Assembly: GCA_963768955.1 (NCBI GenBank)
Contig: CAVYJV010000001.1
Coordinates: 97,340-161,339, forward strand
Length of the DNA: 64,000 bases
DNA from: an uncultured Alphaproteobacteria bacterium
Lineage (GTDB): Bacteria; Pseudomonadota; Alphaproteobacteria; Sphingomonadales; Sphingomonadaceae
Direction: 5' to 3'
The notes under the pieces are model-generated. The model worked only from the letters and a program-made list of their open reading frames with translations. It did no database searches and was not told the origin of the DNA. Positions 1 through 11,419 of this stretch are shown piece by piece. A program made the translations under genes and the position numbers. Within the stretch, counting starts at the first letter, position 1, and each line of letters starts with the position of its first letter.

Positions 1-3
1 TCG

Positions 4-243
4 ATGGTCGACGAGGCATTGGTCGCGGGCAATATCGCCAATACCAATGGCCTGCTGGTGATCCTCGCCAAGCTGGTCGCGCGGGGCATCTTCGACAAGG
101 ACGACCTCAAGGCCTTCTCGGATTGCTACTCCAAGCCGCTCGATCACGAGGGCATGCGCGAAAATGAGCTGGTCAGCCAGATGCAGGACCAGATGGAATA
201 TACGCTGGCCGAACTGATGCGCTACATCAGCGAGCAGGAATGA
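4..243 (+). CDS. Hypothetical protein, possibly 5'-truncated by the window edge
   Basis: 79-aa ORF with host-like codon usage. The frame is open to base 1, and its TGA overlaps the cysD ATG (ATGA at 240-243). Confidence 0.6.
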   Translation: MVDEALVAGNIANTNGLLVILAKLVARGIFDKDDLKAFSDCYSKPLDHEGMRENELVSQMQDQMEYTLAELMRYISEQE

Positions 244-1154
244 CCGCCGCACCTTTCGCTCTTCCGACCGATCTCGACCGCCTCGAAGCCGAGAGCATCC
301 ACATCATGCGCGAAGTGATCGCCGAGGCCGCGCGCCCGGTGATGCTCTATTCGGTAGGCAAGGACAGCGCGGTTATGCTGCACCTCGCACGGAAAGCGTT
401 TGCGCCGTCGCCCCCGCCCTTCCCGCTGCTGCACGTCGACACGACCTGGAAATTTCGGGCAATGTACGAACTGCGCGACCGCATGGCGGCGGAATCGGGT
501 ATGCGGCTGATCGTCCACAAGAATCCGGAGGCCGAAGCGCGCGGGATCAACCCGTTCGACCATGGCGCGCTGCACACCGATCTGTGGAAGACCGAAGGGC
601 TCAAGCAGGCGCTCGACGCCGGCGGTTATGACGCGGCGTTCGGCGGCGCCCGGCGCGACGAGGAGAAGAGCCGCGCCAAGGAACGCATCTTCTCGTTCCG
701 CTCCGCAAGCCACGGCTGGGACCCCAAGAACCAGCGGCCCGAATTGTGGAACCTCTACAATGCGCGCATCGCGAAGGGGGAGAGCATCCGCGTCTTCCCC
801 ATCTCCAACTGGACGGAACTCGACGTGTGGCGGTACATCGAGCGCGAGAATATCCCGGTCGTCCCGCTCTATTTCGCCGCCCCGCGACCGACCGTGATCC
901 GCGACGGCATGATCCTGATGGTCGACGACGAACGCTTCCGGCTCGATCCGGACGAGCAGCCGGTCGAGCGGATGGTACGGTTTCGCACCTTGGGCTGTTA
1001 CCCGCTCAGCGGCGGGGTCGAGAGCGAGGCCGCGACACTGACCGATATCATCGCCGAAATGCGCGCCTCGACCAGTAGCGAGCGCGAGGGCCGCGCGATC
1101 GATCATGACTCATCCGGGTCGATGGAGCGCAAAAAGAAGGAAGGATATTTCTGA
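240..1154 (+). CDS. cysD: Sulfate adenylyltransferase subunit 2
   Basis: [42 protein letters not shown] and C-terminal [11 protein letters not shown]. Confidence 0.97.
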   Translation: MTAAPFALPTDLDRLEAESIHIMREVIAEAARPVMLYSVGKDSAVMLHLARKAFAPSPPPFPLLHVDTTWKFRAMYELRDRMAAESGMRLIVHKNPEAEARGINPFDHGALHTDLWKTEGLKQALDAGGYDAAFGGARRDEEKSRAKERIFSFRSASHGWDPKNQRPELWNLYNARIAKGESIRVFPISNWTELDVWRYIERENIPVVPLYFAAPRPTVIRDGMILMVDDERFRLDPDEQPVERMVRFRTLGCYPLSGGVESEAATLTDIIAEMRASTSSEREGRAIDHDSSGSMERKKKEGYF

Positions 1155-2989
1155 TGTCCGACCTCCTCCGTTTCATCACCTGCGGCAGTGTCGATGACGG
1201 CAAGTCGACCCTGATCGGCCGCTTGCTCTACGACTCCGCCCAGGTGCTCGACGACCAGATGGCGTCGCTCACGAAAGACTCGCAGGCGGTCGGCACACGC
1301 GGCGACCAGATCGACTTCGCGCTGCTGGTCGACGGCCTCGTCGCCGAGCGCGAGCAGGGCATCACGATCGACGTCGCCTATCGCTATTTCGCGACCGAAA
1401 AACGCAGTTTCATCGTCGCCGATTGTCCGGGGCACGAGCAATATACACGCAACATGGTGACCGGCGCCTCGACCGCCGACCTCGCGGTGATCCTGCTCGA
1501 CGCGCGGGCCGGCGTCCTGACCCAGACGCGCCGGCATTCGCATCTGGTTCACCTGCTCGGCGTGCGCCACATCGTGCTGGCGGTGACTAAGATGGACCTC
1601 GTCGATTACGACCAGGCGGTGTTCGAGAAACACGCCGCCGACTATCGCGCTTTTGCCGAATCGATCGGGATCGAGGAGGTCGTCGCTATCCCGACTTCCG
1701 GCGTCAACGGCGACAATGTCGTGGCGACCAGTGACGCCATGCCGTGGTACGACGGCCCGGCCTTGCTCGATCATCTCGAGCGCGTCGAACTCGACCGCAA
1801 CTATGAACCTGCGTGGCCATTTCGCATGCCCGTGCAACTAGTCAGCCGTCCTGACGCGAGTTTCCGCGGCTTTGCCGGTCTGATTGCCTTAGGATCAATC
1901 GACTTGGGCGATGAGGTTCGAATCCTGCCATCGGGCAAGACCAGCCAGGTTGCGCGCATCCTGATCGGCGACCGCGACCACGATCGGGCGCAGGCGGGGC
2001 AGTCGGTGACCATCACGCTCACCACCGAAGTCGATTGCTCGCGGGGTGATGTGATCGCCGCCGCCGCTGACCCCCCCGAAGTCGCCGACCAGTTCGAGGC
2101 GTCGATCGTGTGGATGAACGAGGAGCCGTTACTCCCCGGCCGCGGCTATTGGCTCAAGCTCGCCACCCAAACGGTCTCGGCTTCCATCGCTGCCCCCAAA
2201 TATGCGCTAGCGGTCGACTCCGGCGAGCATCTCGCGGCCAAAACATTGGAATTGAACGACATCGGCGTCGCCGAGGTGACTACGGACCGACCGCTGGTGT
2301 TCGAGCGCTATGCCGACAGCCGCGCGCTCGGCGGGTTCATCCTAGTCGACAAATTGACCAACGCCACCGTCGCCGCGGGGATGCTCCACTTCGCGCTTCG
2401 CCGCGCGCACAACATCCACTGGCAGGCGCTCGACATCAGCCGCGAGGCGCATGCGCGGCTGAAGGGCCAGAAGCCCGCCGTGCTCTGGTTCACAGGCCTC
2501 AGCGGCGCGGGCAAGTCGACCATCGCCAATCTGGTGGAGAAGAAGCTCCACGCCATGGGTCGCCACACCTTCCTGCTCGACGGCGACAATGTCCGGCACG
2601 GGCTCAACAAGGACCTTGGCTTTACCGACGCCGACCGGATCGAGAATGTCCGCCGCGTGGGCGAGGTGGCACGGCTGATGGCCGATGCCGGGCTGATCGT
2701 CATTACCGCCTTCATCAGCCCGTTCCGCGCCGAACGGGCGATGGCCCGGGCAATGCAGCGCGACGGCGAATTCGTGGAAATCTTCGTCGACACACCGCTG
2801 GCGGACGCGGAGAAGCGCGACGTCAAGGGCCTCTACGCCAAGGCCCGCGCGGGCGAGCTAGCCAATTTCACCGGCATCGACAGCCCCTACGAGGCGCCCG
2901 AAAGCCCTGACATTCGCATCGACACGCTGGCGCTGTCGCCCGAACAGGCCGCTGACGCGATCGTCAACCATCTGCTCGGCACCGGTTAG
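1154..2989 (+). CDS. cysNC: Bifunctional sulfate adenylyltransferase subunit 1 / APS kinase (CysNC, NodQ-like)
   Basis: GTPase motifs [18 protein letters not shown] and DCPGH. C-terminal APS kinase motifs [17 protein letters not shown] and FTGIDSPYE. Confidence 0.96.
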   Translation: MSDLLRFITCGSVDDGKSTLIGRLLYDSAQVLDDQMASLTKDSQAVGTRGDQIDFALLVDGLVAEREQGITIDVAYRYFATEKRSFIVADCPGHEQYTRNMVTGASTADLAVILLDARAGVLTQTRRHSHLVHLLGVRHIVLAVTKMDLVDYDQAVFEKHAADYRAFAESIGIEEVVAIPTSGVNGDNVVATSDAMPWYDGPALLDHLERVELDRNYEPAWPFRMPVQLVSRPDASFRGFAGLIALGSIDLGDEVRILPSGKTSQVARILIGDRDHDRAQAGQSVTITLTTEVDCSRGDVIAAAADPPEVADQFEASIVWMNEEPLLPGRGYWLKLATQTVSASIAAPKYALAVDSGEHLAAKTLELNDIGVAEVTTDRPLVFERYADSRALGGFILVDKLTNATVAAGMLHFALRRAHNIHWQALDISREAHARLKGQKPAVLWFTGLSGAGKSTIANLVEKKLHAMGRHTFLLDGDNVRHGLNKDLGFTDADRIENVRRVGEVARLMADAGLIVITAFISPFRAERAMARAMQRDGEFVEIFVDTPLADAEKRDVKGLYAKARAGELANFTGIDSPYEAPESPDIRIDTLALSPEQAADAIVNHLLGTG

Positions 2990-3759
2990 TCGGTCAGTTC
3001 GATCCACACTGGGGCATGATCGCTGGTCTTGGGCATGGCCCGCGCCGATCGATCGACTCCGGCCGACACCAGCCGCTTGGCCGCCTGACCATTAAGCAAC
3101 AGATGATCGATGCGTAGGCCCGCATCGCGAATGAACGAATTCCTGAAATAGTCCCAGAAGGTGTAGATCGTCTCTTGCGGATAGGTGGCGCGAAGCGCGT
3201 CGGTCCAGCCCTGGTCGAGCAACGCCTGATAGGCGTCGCGGACCGGCTGGAAGAATAAGGCGTCCTCGGTCCAGCGCTCGGGCTTGTAGACGTCGCGCGG
3301 GGTCGGGATGATGTTATAATCGCCCGCTAGCACCACCGGCGCATCGGTCGCGATCAGGTTTTGCGCGTGCGACGCAAAACGCTCGAGCCAGCGCAACTTA
3401 TAGTCGAATTTGGGTCCCGGCCGCGGATTGCCGTTGGGGACGTAGAGGCAGCCAACCAGCACCCCTTCGACCGCTGCTTCGATGTAACGGCTGTGCGTGT
3501 CGTCCGGTCCGTCTGGCAGCCCGCGCCTCGTCTCGGTCAGAGTGCTGCCGCGCGACAGGATCGCCACCCCGTTCCAGCGCTGCTGTCCGTGCCAGATGGC
3601 GCCATAGCCGGCTTCGCGCAGTGCCTGCTCGGGAAATTTTTCGTCGGGCGCCTTCAATTCCTGCAGGCAGACGATGTCGGGAGCGGTTGCCTCGAGCCAC
3701 GCCAGCAGCACCGGCAACCGCCCGTTGATCCCATTCACATTATAGGTTGCGATCCGCAT
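2986..3759 (-). CDS. xth: Exodeoxyribonuclease III / AP endonuclease
   Basis: [10 protein letters not shown] start at 3759, plus LQELK, YVPNG, GDYN, GLRIDH and SDHAP. Confidence 0.95.
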   Translation of the reverse strand: MRIATYNVNGINGRLPVLLAWLEATAPDIVCLQELKAPDEKFPEQALREAGYGAIWHGQQRWNGVAILSRGSTLTETRRGLPDGPDDTHSRYIEAAVEGVLVGCLYVPNGNPRPGPKFDYKLRWLERFASHAQNLIATDAPVVLAGDYNIIPTPRDVYKPERWTEDALFFQPVRDAYQALLDQGWTDALRATYPQETIYTFWDYFRNSFIRDAGLRIDHLLLNGQAAKRLVSAGVDRSARAMPKTSDHAPVWIELTD

Positions 3760-3767
3760 CCATGCGC

Positions 3768-3792
3768 AATCCGCCGGTCGGGCTGGGGTTCC
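3768..3792 (-). promoter_or_regulatory. Possible EcfG (general stress sigma) promoter of xth
   Basis: GGAAC-N17-ATT, one mismatch to GGAAC-N17-GTT, ending 8 nt before the xth ATG. Confidence 0.4.
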
Positions 3793-3813
3793 AATCACGG
3801 GATTGCGCGTTGG

Positions 3814-4548
3814 ATGGCGATGGACGCCAGGATCGGCACCGCAGGGTGGAATATCGCAAAGGGCGACGCCGCGCACTTCGCGGCTGAAGGCAGCGCGCTT
3901 GAGCGCTACGCCAGCCGTTTCTCAATGGTCGAGATCAACAGCTCCTTCCATCGACCGCATCGCCAGTCGACCTGGGCTAGGTGGGCGGCGGCCGTGCCCG
4001 ACGACTTCCGCTTCGCGGCCAAAATCCCCAAGCAAATCACGCACCAGCGCAAATTGGTCGATTGCGACGATCTGCTCGGCACCTTTCTGGACGAGATCGC
4101 CGGGCTGGGTGAGAAGCTGGCCGTGCTGTTGCTCCAGCTTCCTCCCAAGCACGAGTTTCAACCCGAGGTGTCGGGCACTTTCCTTGGATCCCTGGTCGCC
4201 CGAGCGCCAGCAGCGGTCGCGTGTGAACCGCGCCATCCGAGTTGGATGAGCGCCGACGTCGACGCTTTCCTCCGGGACCTGAAGGTCGCTCGTGTTGCCG
4301 CCGATCCGCCGATCGGTGAACCCGGCGCTCACCCGGGGGGCTGGCAGGGCCTCCGCTACTGGCGGCTACATGGTTCGCCAATTGTGTATCGATCGAGCTA
4401 CGCGGACCGGATCGAGGAATTGGCGAGGTCGGTCATCTCCGGCGGCCCGCGCGAACACGGCCGCTGGTGCGTGTTCGACAATACGGCCTCGTCAGCAGCC
4501 ACCGGCGACGCACTCACCCTGCAGCGCTTCTTGCAGCAAAGGTGGTGA
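3814..4548 (+). CDS. DUF72 (YecE-like) protein
   Basis: RIGTAGW, VEINSSFH, LLQLPP, CEPRHPSW, YWRLHG and CVFDN. Start at 3814 or 3820. Confidence 0.92.
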   Translation: MAMDARIGTAGWNIAKGDAAHFAAEGSALERYASRFSMVEINSSFHRPHRQSTWARWAAAVPDDFRFAAKIPKQITHQRKLVDCDDLLGTFLDEIAGLGEKLAVLLLQLPPKHEFQPEVSGTFLGSLVARAPAAVACEPRHPSWMSADVDAFLRDLKVARVAADPPIGEPGAHPGGWQGLRYWRLHGSPIVYRSSYADRIEELARSVISGGPREHGRWCVFDNTASSAATGDALTLQRFLQQRW

Positions 4549-4617
4549 CCCCTACGGGAATCGAACCCGTGTTACCGCCGTGAGAGGGCGACGTCCTAAC
4601 CGCTAGACGAAGGGGCC
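4543..4617 (-). tRNA. tRNA-Glu (anticodon CTC)
   Basis: Reverse complement reads GGCCCCTTCGTCTAGCGGTTAGGAC-GTCGCC-CTCTCAC-GGCGG-TAACACGGGTTCGATTCCCGTAGGGGTCACCA: 75 nt with encoded CCA. Confidence 0.96.
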
Positions 4618-4633
4618 AGATGGCAGGGCGGCC

Positions 4634-4662
4634 CTATGGTCGAGCCGGGCCGGCTAGTCAAT
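4634..4662 (-). promoter_or_regulatory. Sigma70-type promoter of tRNA-Glu
   Basis: ATTGAC-N17-CCATAG, close to the alphaproteobacterial CTTGAC-N17-CTATAT consensus, 16 nt upstream of the tRNA. Confidence 0.55.
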
Positions 4663-4663
4663 C

Positions 4664-5774
4664 TTACCCGGCCCGCCGCAGCGCTCCATGCCGCCGCTCG
4701 ATCCAGTTCGCCATCGCCGCCGCGATCCGCGGACCCGACCTGCCGTCCCCGAACGGCAGGCTCGGCCGGCTCATCGTTGCCCGGACCGCCGGATCGGCGA
4801 GCCGCATGACGAGCGCGATGATCCGGTCGCGGTCGGTCCCGGCCAAGATCATGTTGCCGCTGACGACCCCCTCGGGCCGCTCGGTCTTGTCGCGCAGCAC
4901 CAGCAGTGGCTTGCCGAGCGCCGGTGCTTCCTCCTGCACCCCGCCAGAGTCGCTGAGCAGCAGGTCGGCGCGGCGCATCTCGGCGATCATCTCGCGATGG
5001 TCGAGCGGGGGGATCAGCGCCACCGCCGGGCCCGGGCAGCAGCGCCTTGCGCATGGTTTCGGCGACCGACGGGTTGGGGTGGAGCACGACCCTGATCTCG
5101 GCCGCCCCCTGCCGGGCCAGATGGTCGAGCGCCGCTGCGAGGGCGCGCATCGGCCGCCCCCAATTCTCCCGCCGATGACAAGTGACGAGCAGCCGCAGCC
5201 GATTGCTTGCGGCCTGCGGCCCGGTGGGCCCCAGCCGCTCGACTACCTCGAACAGAGCGTCGATCCCGCTATTGCCGGTGATCACGATCTCGCCCGCCAC
5301 CCCCTCACCGCGCAGATTGGCCGCGCTGGTTGCGGTCGGCGCCAGGAGCAGGCTGGCCAGACGGTCGATGGTGACTCGATTCTGTTCCTCGGGCCACGGC
5401 ATCGCGGGGTCGAACGTGCGCAGGCCTGCCTCGACATGCGCGATCGGCACCCCGGCGGCAAAACCGGCCAAGGCCCCGCCCAGCGCGCTCGATGTGTCGC
5501 CCTGGACCACCAGCAGGGCCGGTGGATCGGCCAGCGCTGTAGCCATGGCCCGGGCCACCGCATCCGCATGCACCATCGGATTGGGTTCGCCGGGGCAAGC
5601 AAGGCTGATTCGATCATAATCGGCAAGGCCGTGGTCGGCGGGCGCGAGCGGGTGCTGGTCGGTGAATAACAGGCGCGGTACCAGTCCGGTACCCGACAGG
5701 GCAGCGGCCACCGGCGCAAGCTTGATCGCTTCCGGGCGGGTTCCGACCACAAGGTCGACACGCGGGTGACGCAC
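4664..5774 (-). CDS. wecB: UDP-N-acetylglucosamine 2-epimerase (non-hydrolysing); one frameshift near 5030
   Basis: GTRPEAIK, VQGDT, HVEAGLRT and HRREN in one frame; SDSGGVQEEA and TERPEG in the second. Confidence 0.92.
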
Positions 5775-5934
5775 ATTCCCCCTAGCTCGGCCCGAAGATC
5801 ATGGCTCGGTCGACAACAATTGGCAAGCTGGCGTTGACGCGCGGCTCGCTATAGGAAGGGCGCATTGACCCGCATCACGCGACGGGTCTTCGGGGGGATG
5901 AATTGCTTTCCAGTTTGTCGACGGCGGCTGCGCC

Positions 5935-6793
5935 ATGCTGATCGCGCAGATCACCGACCTCCACATCGGCTTCGACCCCGACAATCCGCACGAGCTCAAT
6001 GTCCGGCGGTTGAATATGGTTATCGACCATATCAACGAGATGAGCCCCAAGCCCGACCTGCTGATCGTCAGCGGCGATTTGGTCGAGCATGGCGACGACA
6101 AACGCGCTTACCGCCACATGGAAGCGCTGGTCAAGCGATGGCAGGGGCCCCTGCTGTGGGCGGTCGGCAATCACGACAGTCGCGACGGCCTTCGCGAAGT
6201 GCTGCCCGAGGTTCCCGTCGACGAGAATGGCCACATCCAGTACGAGGTCGAGCATGGAGGGCTTCGCTTCGTGGTGGTCGACACGCTTGATCCCGGTCGC
6301 CACGGCGGGATGGTGTGCGAGGCGCGGGCCAAATGGCTGCGAACGCGACTGCGCGAGAAGAAGGACATGCCGACGATCGATCGTGATGCATCATCCGCCG
6401 GTCGATACCGGAATCCGCTGGATGAGCGCCCTGCCTTGCGAGGAATGGGTCCAGCGGGTCGAAGAGGCGATCCGTCCGGCAAGACAGGTCGTCGCGATCC
6501 TCGCCGGCCACGTCCACCGCCCCATCGCCACCGGTTTTGCCGGCAAGCGCCTGGTAGTTGCGGCGTCGACCGCGCCGCTGGTCGCGCTCGATCTCGACGA
6601 TGTCGATCCGCTTCACCCCGACGGCCGCGCGCTGATCATCGGCGACGCGCCGGCCTTCGCCATCCATTACTGGGATGGCACGACCCTGCTGAGCCATTTC
6701 GAGGTCGCTGGCCCGCGCAATGTCATCGCCAGCTACAACAGCAACCTCCAGCCGATGATGAAGGCGTTTCTCGAAGAACGCGGGACGGGCTGA
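5935..6793 (+). CDS. Calcineurin-like metallophosphoesterase (CpdA/Icc-like); frameshift near 6380
   Basis: ITDLH, SGDL and GNHD in the first frame; MHHPP and GHVH in the second. Confidence 0.88.
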
Positions 6794-6882
6794 GCCCGCC
6801 TAGCGGCTGAACACCGCGCCGTCGGGGATATCTCATCGCCCGAGGCTGCGCCCTCCGAAAGGGAAGCGCAACGAGCAATCGA

Positions 6883-7166
6883 TCAGCGGAAATTGTCGGC
6901 GTAGGCCTGGAGCTTGAGCGGGATCGGCGCGGCGGGGACGATGTGCACCTCGAGCCTCCCTGGACTTGGCATAAGCGAGCGCTTCATCCTTGCTGTCGAA
7001 ACTCAGGCGGATCTGGGTCTCGGTATCGCCCGATACCGGCCCAGCCGGTCAGCGGGTCGGGGCGGAGCGCTTCCTTGCGCTCGTGTTCCAGCGTCCAGCG
7101 GCCGACCTTCGCCTTGCCCGACTGGGTGGTCTTGCGCTGCTCTTCGATGATCCGGGCGATGCTCAT
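6883..7166 (-). CDS. ETC complex I subunit conserved-region protein (NDUFS4-like); frameshifted
   Basis: ARIIEEQRKTTQSGKAKVGRWTLEHE...PDPLTGWAG, and C-terminal LKLQAYADNFR read from the sequence. Confidence 0.85.
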
Positions 7167-7198
7167 GAACGAGCGATTGGCGCAAGGCGCTGCGGGAA

Positions 7199-9635
7199 TC
7201 AAGCACTCGCGCGCTTGGTGCGCAGCGTCGGCGGGGCATTGGCCGGGTCGTCGGGCCAGGGATGGCGCGGATAACGGCCACGCATTTCCTTGGCGACGTC
7301 ACGCCACTGACCCGGCCCAGAAAGCGGCGAGGTCCTTAGTGGTCTGGATCGGGCGATGGGCGGGACTGGTAATGGCGATCGTCAGCGGCACGCGGCCGCA
7401 GGCCACCGTCGGATGGTCCTTAAGACCATAGAGCGCCTGCGCGCGCACTTCGACCGTGGGGCCACCGGTCGCCGTGTAATCGATGGGATGGGCAGCGCCG
7501 GCGGGGGAGTGGAAATGGGTCGGGGCGAGACGATCGATCGCGCGGCCGGCATCATGACCGAGCAGACCGTCGAGGGCATGACGAAGCGCGCCTGCGTCGA
7601 TTGAATCGAGGCGGCGACTGCCGGTCAGCAGCGAGGGCAACCACTCGTCGATCCGTTCGATCAGCGCACCGTCGCCCAGGTCGGGGATCGCGGGATCGTG
7701 TTCGGCAGCGAAGGCGGCGCGGCGGCGAAGCGCGATGGCGCTGTCGCTCCACGGCAGGATGTCGACACCATGACGCCGCACCGCCTCGAGCAGTCCGGCT
7801 TCGATCGCGGCCTGGTTGGGCTTAGGATCTGGGGCGGAGGACAGACGGACCGCGCCGAGCTTGCGGCCTTTGGTCGCACTGATGGCATTGGTGGCGGGGT
7901 CGAAGCGGACGTTAGTGAAATGCTCGATGCGGTCACCGTAGAGCGCCTCGATAGCGGCAAAGTCTATCCCGGCGGCGCTGAGGATGCGCGCACCCGAGGC
8001 AGCACCGGCCACCTCGGCCACCGCAAGCCACTCGCTCCGTGCCAGCGGGGAGGTGGGGTCGAGCCGGAAGCCGCGGCCGCCGACCGACTGCCACTGCTCG
8101 CCCGATGAGTCGCGGCGACGGGACAGGCGGTCGGGGAAGGCGAGAGCGATGGCCTGGGCCAGGCTGCCGGGGGGTGAGGGGGCGGCTCGATCCGCCCACC
8201 GCGCCGCCATTCGCCGCGCCGCCTCGGCGCGGGGGCCGCGGTCGGATCGCCAGCGGCGGTGCCGGACCTCGAGGTCGGGATCGTTGCCACCAAGGCCGCG
8301 CTCGGTCAGCAGGACGGCGACGTCGGCGGCGGCGGACCGGGCTTCGGGTCGCACTGCGAGCATCATGTGCGCGAGTCGTGGGTCAAGCGGGATGGCGGCG
8401 ACCGCGCGGCCGTGGGGTGTGAGATTTCCGTCTGAATTCAGGGCGTTGATGTTAGTCAGACGCTTCCGCGCTTCCTCGAGCGCGGGGGCGGGAGGGGGAT
8501 CGAGGAAGGGGAGGCGTGCGGGATTGGCCTCGCCCCACAGCAGGCAGGTGAGCAGCAGGCTGGAGAGATCGGCCTCGAGAATTTCGGGCGGGTCGTGGGC
8601 AGGCAAGGCGGCGGTCCCGGCCTCCTCCCACAACCGGATCGCGACGCCCGGCGCCTGGCGCGCGGCGCGCCCGGCCCGCTGGGTGACGGCGGCGCGGCTG
8701 GCGCGCTCGGTGACGAGACGGGTCAGGCCGGCACCGCGATCGTAGCGCGGGCGGCGGGCGAGGCCGCTGTCGACCACGATGCGGACGTCGTCGAGCGTCA
8801 CGCTGGTCTCGGCGATGCTCGACGCGAGCACCAGCTTGCGCGTGCCCGGCAAGGGCGGGGCGAGGGCGGCGCGCTGGGCGGCGGGGTCGATCTGGCCGTG
8901 GAGGCGGTGGAGCACGACGTTCGGCGGCAGATTGCCGAGCGCCTCGGCAGTGCGCTCGATCTCGGCCACGCCGGGCAGGAACGCGAGCAGCGAGCCCTCA
9001 TGATCGGCCAGCGCGCGGCGGCAGGCGGCGGCCATCTGCGGTTCGATCCGCGCGTGGGCATCGCGGCCCTCGTAATGCACGGTAAGCGGGAAGCTCTTGC
9101 CCTCGCTTTCGATCAGCGGCGGCTGGCCGAGCAAGGTCGCGAACCGGTCGCTGTCGAGCGTGGCCGACATGGCGAGCAGGCGCAGGTCGGGGCGCAGTTC
9201 GGCCGCGGCGTCAAGCGTCAGCGCAAGCGCAAGATCGCTGTCGAGGCTGCGCTCGTGGACCTCGTCGAACAGCACCGCGCTGACCCCCGTCAGTTCGGGG
9301 TCGGCCTGGAGCCGCGCAAGGAACACGCCGTGGGTCATGGCGATGATCCTCGTCGCCTTGCCGACCTTGCTGTCGAGGCGGGTCTGATAGCCGATGGTCC
9401 CGCCCGCCGCCTGCCCAAGTTCGCGCGCCATGAACTCGGCGGCGGCGCGGGCGGCGAGTCGGCGCGGGACGAGCAGCAGGATCAGGCCAGTGCACCAGTC
9501 TTCGCCGAGCAGGGCGGGGGCCACCCGCGTCGTCTTGCCCGCCCCCGGCGGCGCCACCAGCAGCGCGCGCGGCCCGTCGTGGAGCGCGACGAGGAGGTCG
9601 GGCAGGACGGTGTCGATGGGTAGCGGCTTGGCTAT
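7199..9635 (-). CDS. hrpB: ATP-dependent helicase HrpB; frameshift near 7305, start codon uncertain
   Basis: APPGAGKTT, DEVHER, MSAT, SIAETS and QRAGRAAR. The C-terminus WRDVAKEMRGRYPRHPWPDDP lies in the shifted frame. Confidence 0.95.
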
Positions 9636-10606
9636 TGCGGCACCTCGACATGCCCGCCGAAGCCGAAGCGCATCGCGCTGAGCAACTGGTCGGCGTAGCT
9701 TTCCTCGACCCGGCTTCGGTAGCGCGCGAACAGGCTGGCGGCGAGGACGTCGACTGGCACGGCTTCCTCCATCGCCGCGTCGATTGTCCAGCGACCTTCG
9801 CCGCTGTCGGCAACGCGACCGGAGAATTTGGCCAGCGACTGATCCTCGGCGAGAGCGATCGAAATCAGGTCGAGCAGCCAGGACGAAATGACGCTTCCGC
9901 GCCGCCAGACCTCGGCAATGTCGCTGAGGTTCAGGTCGTAGCTGGTGTCGAGTTCTTCGTTGGCGCGGGCGCGCAAGATGTCGAAGCCCTCCGCATAGGC
10001 CTGCATCATGCCATATTCGATGCCGTTGTGAATCATCTTGGTGAAGTGGCCCGAGCCTGCGGGGCCACAATGGACATAGCCATGCTCGGCTTTCCATTCA
10101 TGCTCCGACGTGGCCCGTTTGGTCCGCTCGACCGTGCCGATCCCGGGGGCGAGGCATTGGAAGACGGGATCGAGCAGGTCGACCTGCGCCTTGGGGCCGC
10201 CGATCATCATGCAATAGCCGCGTTCCAATCCCCACACCCCGCCCGACACGCCGACATCGATGAAATGCAGATCGCGTTCGCCAAGATATTTCGCGCGCGC
10301 GATGTCATGCTTCCAGAAGCTATTGCCGCCGTCGATGAGGATGTCGCCGGACTTCGCGATCTCGGCGATGTCACGCATCACCTGGTCGGTAATTTCACCG
10401 GCCGGGAGCATGACCCAGTAGATCGCCGGGCTGTCGAGCTTGGCCGCAACCTCCTCAAGGGAGGCGGCGGGAATCGCGCCGTGCCTCGCTGCCTCGGCGA
10501 CGGCCTTGGCATCGCGATCATAGGCGACCACCTCATGCCCGCCGCCAATCAGCCGCCGCGCCATATTGCCGCCCATCCGGCCGAGGCCGATCATGCCGAG
10601 TTTCAT
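9632..10606 (-). CDS. gnd: 6-phosphogluconate dehydrogenase (decarboxylating, short NAD-type)
   Basis: GLGRMG, DGGNS, GVSGG, KMIHNGIEYG, DSGEGRW and MRFGFGGH. Confidence 0.95.
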   Translation of the reverse strand: MKLGMIGLGRMGGNMARRLIGGGHEVVAYDRDAKAVAEAARHGAIPAASLEEVAAKLDSPAIYWVMLPAGEITDQVMRDIAEIAKSGDILIDGGNSFWKHDIARAKYLGERDLHFIDVGVSGGVWGLERGYCMMIGGPKAQVDLLDPVFQCLAPGIGTVERTKRATSEHEWKAEHGYVHCGPAGSGHFTKMIHNGIEYGMMQAYAEGFDILRARANEELDTSYDLNLSDIAEVWRRGSVISSWLLDLISIALAEDQSLAKFSGRVADSGEGRWTIDAAMEEAVPVDVLAASLFARYRSRVEESYADQLLSAMRFGFGGHVEVPQ

Positions 10607-10734
10607 GCGTCACGCTCCTGTCCGCCGAATCGCGATAGGCCAGATCGGCCCTGGCGCGGTAGTGGGCGTGCCGGCGTCGGGCAATCGCACGCCAATGCCT
10701 TGACGATCAGCCGTGCCACCCCAACTACCGACCG

Positions 10735-11415
10735 ATGGACGATCGCTATTCACCCTATCCGCCAACCCCGTTCGACGACGGCATTGCAAATCTGTGGCGC
10801 CAAGGGCTGCGCTTCGCGCGCAATGTCGCGATTGCCGGTGCGCTAGCCGGCCTGGGCGGGATCGTGCTCGGTGCGGTGCTGACCGACGGCTGGCTGGCGC
10901 AGATTTTCGTGACCCTGTTCGCTGCCTTCGTGCTGTGGCTGCCGATGCTGGGGGTGACGATGTGGGCAAGCCGGCTGCTCGGCGGGCGCCGTCGCACCGG
11001 GCCGGTGACGGTCGATGTCACCCCCAACAAGGTCGATAGCCGGCTGGAATCGAGCTGGCGGCGGCTGAGCGTTGCCGCCCCGCGCCAGCGAGACCGAATC
11101 GTCACGCTGCAGCGCTCGCTAGAACGGTCGCGGAGCAGCTGACAGGCGAAGGAAATGGACAGCGACGCGGGTGAATTGTGCGCGATGATCGACAAGCGCC
11201 TGCCCGACCTGATCGATCACGAACTGGATTCGCTCGCCCCCGACAGCCGCGGCCGCGACAAGCAGGTTGGCGAGCTGGTCGACCTGGTCGAGCAATTCGT
11301 CCGCCATTGCGGCGCCAAGCGCGACGGGGCGGTGGACCACAGCGCCTATCAGGCGGAAGTCCTCAAGCGCCGGTTCGAAGCGCGGCTGAACGACGACACG
11401 CCGTTCCTGAACTAG
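10735..11415 (+). CDS. Hypothetical membrane protein (two N-terminal TM helices), interrupted by an in-frame TGA at 11140
   Basis: ORFs 10735-11142 and 11155-11415 share one frame. Hydrophobic segments are followed by a helical soluble region. Confidence 0.65.
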
Positions 11416-11419
11416 ATCT

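Noticed and set aside
1580-1600. CysN G4 motif reads TKMD rather than NKMD
   Set aside because: (N/T)KxD is within the normal GTPase consensus.
6845-6871. Hairpin GCGCCCTCC-GAAA-GGGAAGCGC between convergent genes
   Set aside because: The stem is imperfect with no U tract and no second copy seen; too weak to call.
11140-11142. Selenocysteine codon
   Set aside because: No redox-motif context and no convincing SECIS-like hairpin; the window has a high error rate.
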